The notes below the pieces were generated by a model. It made no database searches, was not told the DNA's origin, and worked only from the letters and a program-made list of their open reading frames with translations. This document shows positions 57,412 through 64,000 of a stretch of DNA of 64,000 nt, piece by piece (the stretch's first letter is position 1; each line of letters starts with the position of its first letter). This DNA is from an uncultured Candidatus Binatia bacterium (GTDB lineage: Bacteria; Desulfobacterota; Binatia; Bin18): positions 1,632,001-1,696,000 of the forward strand of contig OZ241744.1 in the NCBI GenBank assembly GCA_965200965.1. The letters run 5' to 3'. Made by a program: the position numbers and the translations under genes.

Positions 57412-60400
57412 GTTTCAATCCTCACCCGCCCTTACGGGCGGATGCTATATGCTCGAAGAAACTCTCCACGGGCGGCAACACCGGTTTCAATCCTCACCCG
57501 CCCTTACGGGCGGATGCTATCAATCATGGTTGCTCCTTCACCTGATGGTGCTTCAGTTTCAATCCTCACCCGCCCTTACGGGCGGATGCTATTGCCTCCT
57601 TGCTTCGATCGCCCCTGCTCGCCTGTGTTTCAATCCTCACCCGCCCTTACGGGCGGATGCTATGGCTCGCGGCGACGACCTGCTGATCTTGTCGCATGTT
57701 TCAATCCTCACCCGCCCTTACGGGCGGATGCTATAGTCGTGCTGTTTGAGGGCCGCTCACATATCAACGTTTCAATCCTCACCCGCCCTTACGGGCGGAT
57801 GCTATTAGTCGGACAGACATCCGAGCCAAAGCCGGGCACACCGTTTCAATCCTCACCCGCCCTTACGGGCGGATGCTATGCCCGGACTGGGCCCACCTTC
57901 TCGGCAACATCCAGCATGTTTCAATCCTCACCCGCCCTTACGGGCGGATGCTATGCCCGGACTGGGCCCACCTTCTCGGCAACATCCAGCATGTTTCAAT
58001 CCTCACCCGCCCTTACGGGCGGATGCTATGCCCGGACTGGGCCCACCTTCTCGGCAACATCCAGCATGTTTCAATCCTCACCCGCCCTTACGGGCGGATG
58101 CTATGTGAGCGGACAGAGTTGGTGATCGAGGCCGACCGGTTTCAATCCTCACCCGCCCTTACGGGCGGATGCTATTTGAACAGAGCTTCAGGTCAGCGGC
58201 CAGAGACTCGATGTTTCAATCCTCACCCGCCCTTACGGGCGGATGCTATACTGGAAGCACGACCACTGGCTCGACGGAAGGCAGTTTCAATCCTCACCCG
58301 CCCTTACGGGCGGATGCTATGGAGTGCGCCAGTCTTTGCCAGGCTGCCGGCGGTGTTTCAATCCTCACCCGCCCTTACGGGCGGATGCTATCGCCCCGTA
58401 GAACTCCAACATCTTTGACTTCTTGCTGTTTCAATCCTCACCCGCCCTTACGGGCGGATGCTATCCCAATCCTAGGATTCCCCCGGCCACGGCCGGGGGT
58501 TTCAATCCTCACCCGCCCTTACGGGCGGATGCTATAACCGCCCGGCGCGGGTTGCGGGCTATCGCCAGAAGGAGTTTCAATCCTCACCCGCCCTTACGGG
58601 CGGATGCTATGCCGGTGAACTTTATGGCTTTCAGTTCGCCCACACTGTTTCAATCCTCACCCGCCCTTACGGGCGGATGCTATGGGGCCCGGTGTACCGG
58701 CTCCTGTCGGAGTGCACCTGGTTTCAATCCTCACCCGCCCTTACGGGCGGATGCTATTCCCGCCAGGTCTCGGCGAGGCTCATCTCCCGCCGCCTGTTTC
58801 AATCCTCACCCGCCCTTACGGGCGGATGCTATGCCGACCGCCAGGAGAGATTGACATGAAAGATCTGTTTCAATCCTCACCCGCCCTTACGGGCGGATGC
58901 TATGAGCTGCTCGCGCTCGTCCAAATCCCGCCTCTGGTGTTTCAATCCTCACCCGCCCTTACGGGCGGATGCTATGGCCCGGCGGTGTAGGTCCGGCGCA
59001 AAAAAGAGCCGTTTCAATCCTCACCCGCCCTTACGGGCGGATGCTATGGTGGCGTTGGGCTAGATCGGTACATCCACCAGGTGGTTTCAATCCTCACCCG
59101 CCCTTACGGGCGGATGCTATGACCCCATCGGGCGGTTGGCGAACAGTCCCATCAGTAGTTTCAATCCTCACCCGCCCTTACGGGCGGATGCTATGTCGGC
59201 GGCAAGGTCAGTTTCAGTCTACGCCTGCCTGTTTCAATCCTCACCCGCCCTTACGGGCGGATGCTATGTTGCTACGCTAACCAAAAAAGGGACGCCCAGG
59301 AGCGTTTCAATCCTCACCCGCCCTTACGGGCGGATGCTATGTTGGAGCGCCGACCGATATTCCCGCGCCTGTGGAAGTTTCAATCCTCACCCGCCCTTAC
59401 GGGCGGATGCTATGGTCTACGTCCAGAGCGAGGTCTCCTGCAAGATGGAGTTTCAATCCTCACCCGCCCTTACGGGCGGATGCTATGGCCTAGGGCATGT
59501 TGCCCTCGCAGCAACTCTCAACGTTTCAATCCTCACCCGCCCTTACGGGCGGATGCTATGGGTCTACGACCGGGACGAGACCCCGGAAGAAAAAGTTTCA
59601 ATCCTCACCCGCCCTTACGGGCGGATGCTATGATGATCTACGCCAAGCTGGAAGAGAGCATGAGCGTGTTTCAATCCTCACCCGCCCTTACGGGCGGATG
59701 CTATGGCCATGACGGATGTTCCTCTTGATCCACTTCTGGATGTTTCAATCCTCACCCGCCCTTACGGGCGGATGCTATGCCGATGGAGCCATATAGGAGG
59801 CGCGGGGTCAATCCTAGTTTCAATCCTCACCCGCCCTTACGGGCGGATGCTATGAGCAGCAGAGGCGTCAGCGTGAACTTGAGTTGCAGTTTCAATCCTC
59901 ACCCGCCCTTACGGGCGGATGCTATGCAGGCCCGGCCTGGTTGGCGGTGATCCCCCCGCTGTTTCAATCCTCACCCGCCCTTACGGGCGGATGCTATGGT
60001 CATGGAGGCCGGGCTGGCGGACCTGTACGCTAAGTTTCAATCCTCACCCGCCCTTACGGGCGGATGCTATGGACCCCTGACTGGCTAGAATCCCCTGGTC
60101 ACGCTGGTTTCAATCCTCACCCGCCCTTACGGGCGGATGCTATGTCTATCATGCTTGCCTCCTCAATCCAGGATTGCCCGGTTTCAATCCTCACCCGCCC
60201 TTACGGGCGGATGCTATGTCCAAGAGTCAACTCAATACGAGATTGTAGACGTAGTTTCAATCCTCACCCGCCCTTACGGGCGGATGCTATGTGGACAGCC
60301 GAAGCTGCCGACCTTCACCAAGGGGTTTCAATCCTCACCCGCCCTTACGGGCGGATGCTATGATCATCTGATGGCTCATACTGCCTCCTCAATCCTAGTT

Positions 60401-63400
60401 TCAATCCTCACCCGCCCTTACGGGCGGATGCTATGTCGATATCGAGGGCATGAAACCCCTCGTCACCCTGGTTTCAATCCTCACCCGCCCTTACGGGCGG
60501 ATGCTATGTGCTCGCGTCAATAAGCGGGGATGGGTTATCAAAGTTTCAATCCTCACCCGCCCTTACGGGCGGATGCTATGGCCGGGTTCTATCGTAGCGA
60601 CGGTTATCTCTACCTGTTTCAATCCTCACCCGCCCTTACGGGCGGATGCTATGTTCAGATACTCCATAAAGGGGTCAACAGGGTCCGTGTTTCAATCCTC
60701 ACCCGCCCTTACGGGCGGATGCTATGTTCTTCTTGGGGTCAGGCTGTGTCAGGCTGAAACGTTTCAATCCTCACCCGCCCTTACGGGCGGATGCTATGCT
60801 GTCGCCCTCTACAGAGATCGAGTGGCTGTCCGCAGTTTCAATCCTCACCCGCCCTTACGGGCGGATGCTATGTAGTTAGCCTTGTGTTGTTCAAGTTCCC
60901 ACTGCTGTTTCAATCCTCACCCGCCCTTACGGGCGGATGCTATGGTCAGCCAAGCCGTCCGGGCGTTCAGGTCCTGGTGTTTCAATCCTCACCCGCCCTT
61001 ACGGGCGGATGCTATGTTTTAGCCCGATGTTGCCGAGGGTCAGGTAGTAGTGTTTCAATCCTCACCCGCCCTTACGGGCGGATGCTATGGCCACTTGGGA
61101 TGGGTCCCTCTGGCGTATGCCTGGTTTCAATCCTCACCCGCCCTTACGGGCGGATGCTATGGCTCAGTCGCACCAAACGCTCGCCAGCTACGCCATGTTT
61201 CAATCCTCACCCGCCCTTACGGGCGGATGCTATGGGCATAACCGCTCAGGAGGGTAGCACCATGCAGAGGTTTCAATCCTCACCCGCCCTTACGGGCGGA
61301 TGCTATGTCCTCAGTGTAGCGAACATTTGACCCAGGTCCGAGTTTCAATCCTCACCCGCCCTTACGGGCGGATGCTATGCAGAATATAACCGGCCGCGTC
61401 TCGTTTCACGCAAGGTTTCAATCCTCACCCGCCCTTACGGGCGGATGCTATGGTCCGAAGCTGAGCTACTTACAGAATGACGCAAAAGTTTCAATCCTCA
61501 CCCGCCCTTACGGGCGGATGCTATGCGGACCTGGGGCTGCCCAAGCCCACCATCACGAGGGTTTCAATCCTCACCCGCCCTTACGGGCGGATGCTATGTT
61601 GAGGTGTTCGTCCGCAACAACTATGGGAGCTAGTTTCAATCCTCACCCGCCCTTACGGGCGGATGCTATGGGGCATGGCGATGATCGGTTTTTTATCGAG
61701 CACAAGTTTCAATCCTCACCCGCCCTTACGGGCGGATGCTATGACGCCCGGCCGGAAATACTCCCGACAGTATATGTGTTTCAATCCTCACCCGCCCTTA
61801 CGGGCGGATGCTATGTACTGTCTTGCTGCCAGGAACGTCGCCATAAAGGAGTTTCAATCCTCACCCGCCCTTACGGGCGGATGCTATGTCGAAGCGAAGG
61901 AGGACGAGTGATGTCGGTTATCAGTTTCAATCCTCACCCGCCCTTACGGGCGGATGCTATGGCGATGCTGCACGACCACAAGCCGTTGCCGTAGCTGTTT
62001 CAATCCTCACCCGCCCTTACGGGCGGATGCTATGGTGATACAATCTGCAACCAGGACGTGACCTACACGTTTCAATCCTCACCCGCCCTTACGGGCGGAT
62101 GCTATGATTGGCGGTCCTACGGCTCCGGCGACGCGGCGGACGTTTCAATCCTCACCCGCCCTTACGGGCGGATGCTATGCTCAACTTGCTGAGCGTTATA
62201 TTGTTCTGGTGGTGTTTCAATCCTCACCCGCCCTTACGGGCGGATGCTATGTTCAACACCGGCCTGAAAATCGCGGACATTGCTGAGTTTCAATCCTCAC
62301 CCGCCCTTACGGGCGGATGCTATGTTCAATTTCAACGACCAGATGCGCGGGTTCATCCGTGTTTCAATCCTCACCCGCCCTTACGGGCGGATGCTATGTT
62401 GGGTGCTGTCTTGGCCCGCCGGAACCACGGGGTTTCAATCCTCACCCGCCCTTACGGGCGGATGCTATGTTCTCCTGCACACCCGACCGCCTGATTGTCG
62501 GGCAGTTTCAATCCTCACCCGCCCTTACGGGCGGATGCTATGAAGGACTTCGGAGTCGGGTTGTTGACTACGGAAGGTTTCAATCCTCACCCGCCCTTAC
62601 GGGCGGATGCTATGTTGGGGTTGTTGAGAATTTGAACGATACGTTCAAGCGTTTCAATCCTCACCCGCCCTTACGGGCGGATGCTATGTCCGGCCAGGTC
62701 GCTGGCGGCCAGGCTGCTGAAGTCGTTTCAATCCTCACCCGCCCTTACGGGCGGATGCTATGGCCAAAACAATCGAGGATTTGCCGGAGGTAACATGTTT
62801 CAATCCTCACCCGCCCTTACGGGCGGATGCTATGGACGCCGCACACTGTATCCCGAGGCTTTGAGCGTGTTTCAATCCTCACCCGCCCTTACGGGCGGAT
62901 GCTATGGCTTCTCAGGGATTTTGGCGAGCTTCTGGCTGACCTGTTTCAATCCTCACCCGCCCTTACGGGCGGATGCTATGATCTCGTGAGAGAGAATGCT
63001 GTCCACCAGCCGCAGTTTCAATCCTCACCCGCCCTTACGGGCGGATGCTATGAAGTCAAGCTCATGCGCCCCGGCCGCCTGTGAGGGTTTCAATCCTCAC
63101 CCGCCCTTACGGGCGGATGCTATGTCGCAGTTGATATCCTCTGGGGTGAGCGTGTCGAGGTTTCAATCCTCACCCGCCCTTACGGGCGGATGCTATGATC
63201 TATTGTTTTGGAAGGGGCTTGACAAGGTTGGGGTTTCAATCCTCACCCGCCCTTACGGGCGGATGCTATGGGTAGCCCAAGATCATCATTGCTACTGCAC
63301 CCATGTTTCAATCCTCACCCGCCCTTACGGGCGGATGCTATGGGGCTTCTCCGCTACAGTGAAGAGAAGCAGCAGGTGTTTCAATCCTCACCCGCCCTTA

Positions 63401-64000
63401 CGGGCGGATGCTATGTAGCAATGCGCCCACACATGGGCGCTCACCTGGGAGTTTCAATCCTCACCCGCCCTTACGGGCGGATGCTATGCTCCTTCGCGTG
63501 GGGAGCCGCGGTTGTCGTAGCGGTTTCAATCCTCACCCGCCCTTACGGGCGGATGCTATGGTCGTGTACATCGCCGGCGCATGCCACAACTCCATGTTTC
63601 AATCCTCACCCGCCCTTACGGGCGGATGCTATGTTGAGCGCGCGTATAACCGCCTCGGATGGCTCAAGTTTCAATCCTCACCCGCCCTTACGGGCGGATG
63701 CTATGGCGATGAGAGAGGCGGTCGCCTACGGTCTGGAGGCGTTTCAATCCTCACCCGCCCTTACGGGCGGATGCTATGATGTTGTAGGCCAGAACGCGGT
63801 TGCGCCGGAAGGGTTTCAATCCTCACCCGCCCTTACGGGCGGATGCTATGTGTAGATTGGCTGTCGTCTCAAGCGGGCCTAGGGGTTTCAATCCTCACCC
63901 GCCCTTACGGGCGGATGCTATGTTGATCCTCTCGCTGCGGTTTACGGACAGGATGAGTTTCAATCCTCACCCGCCCTTACGGGCGGATGCTATGGGTGGA
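57412..64000 (-). CRISPR. CRISPR array, 91 consensus repeats counted, continuing past the window end; probably type I-C-like
   Basis: Repeat GTTTCAATCCTCACCCGCCCTTACGGGCGGATGCTAT(G) with a ~72-73 bp period. On the minus strand it has the hairpin CATCCGCCC-GTAA-GGGCGGGTG and the 3' end ATTGAAAC. The divergent repeat on the left marks the trailer, so the leader and cas genes probably lie to the right. Confidence 0.98.

Noticed and set aside
62251-62286. Possible self-targeting spacer (aacaccggcctga also occurs in receptor 1 near 28461)
   Set aside because: The match is only ~13 nt and compatible with chance. A full self-target search could not be done by eye.
57337-63855. Many + strand ORFs with repeating VSILTRPYGRML / FQSSPALTGGCY / FNPHPPLRADAM peptides
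   Set aside because: They are translations of the CRISPR repeat in three frames, not proteins.

Overview
This is a GC-rich bacterial chromosomal window from a Gram-negative, deltaproteobacteria-like organism. The many luciferase-like monooxygenases, alpha/beta hydrolases and the amidohydrolase are reminiscent of Binatota or sponge-symbiont genomes, but that assignment is inference only. From left to right: (1) a MoxR-DUF58-VWA-VWA operon and a small lipoprotein; (2) a type III restriction-modification locus with an ABC-ATPase + PIN-nuclease pair nested between mod and res; (3) a minus-strand operon yebC-ruvCAB-NtrY-like kinase-[receiver domain::LpxC fusion]-M48/TPR protease-hypothetical-SLC13 permease; (4) an NCS2 permease with an RsbW-like C-terminal domain, divergent from three tandem TonB-dependent receptor paralogues; (5) a decayed XamI-type R-M pair; (6) hisC, LLM and hydrolase genes, and a LysM lytic transglycosylase; (7) a tetrapyrrole operon (sirC-ccsA-hemA-hemC-cobA/hemD), then a CoA-ester lyase, a DsbA-like isomerase, a LOG-family gene, cobQ, ftsH, an amidohydrolase, an LLM and hydrolases; (8) a CRISPR array of at least 91 repeats that runs off the right edge, with no cas genes in the window. 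Top leads: a sensor kinase apparently wired directly to lipid A synthesis through a REC-LpxC fusion; a PrrC-like guard module inside a type III R-M system; a 300-bp ethD gene fragment sitting as a giant trailer 'spacer'; and an abrupt one-base repeat-boundary switch part-way along the array. All calls are by eye from the sequence and ORF track; no searches were run.
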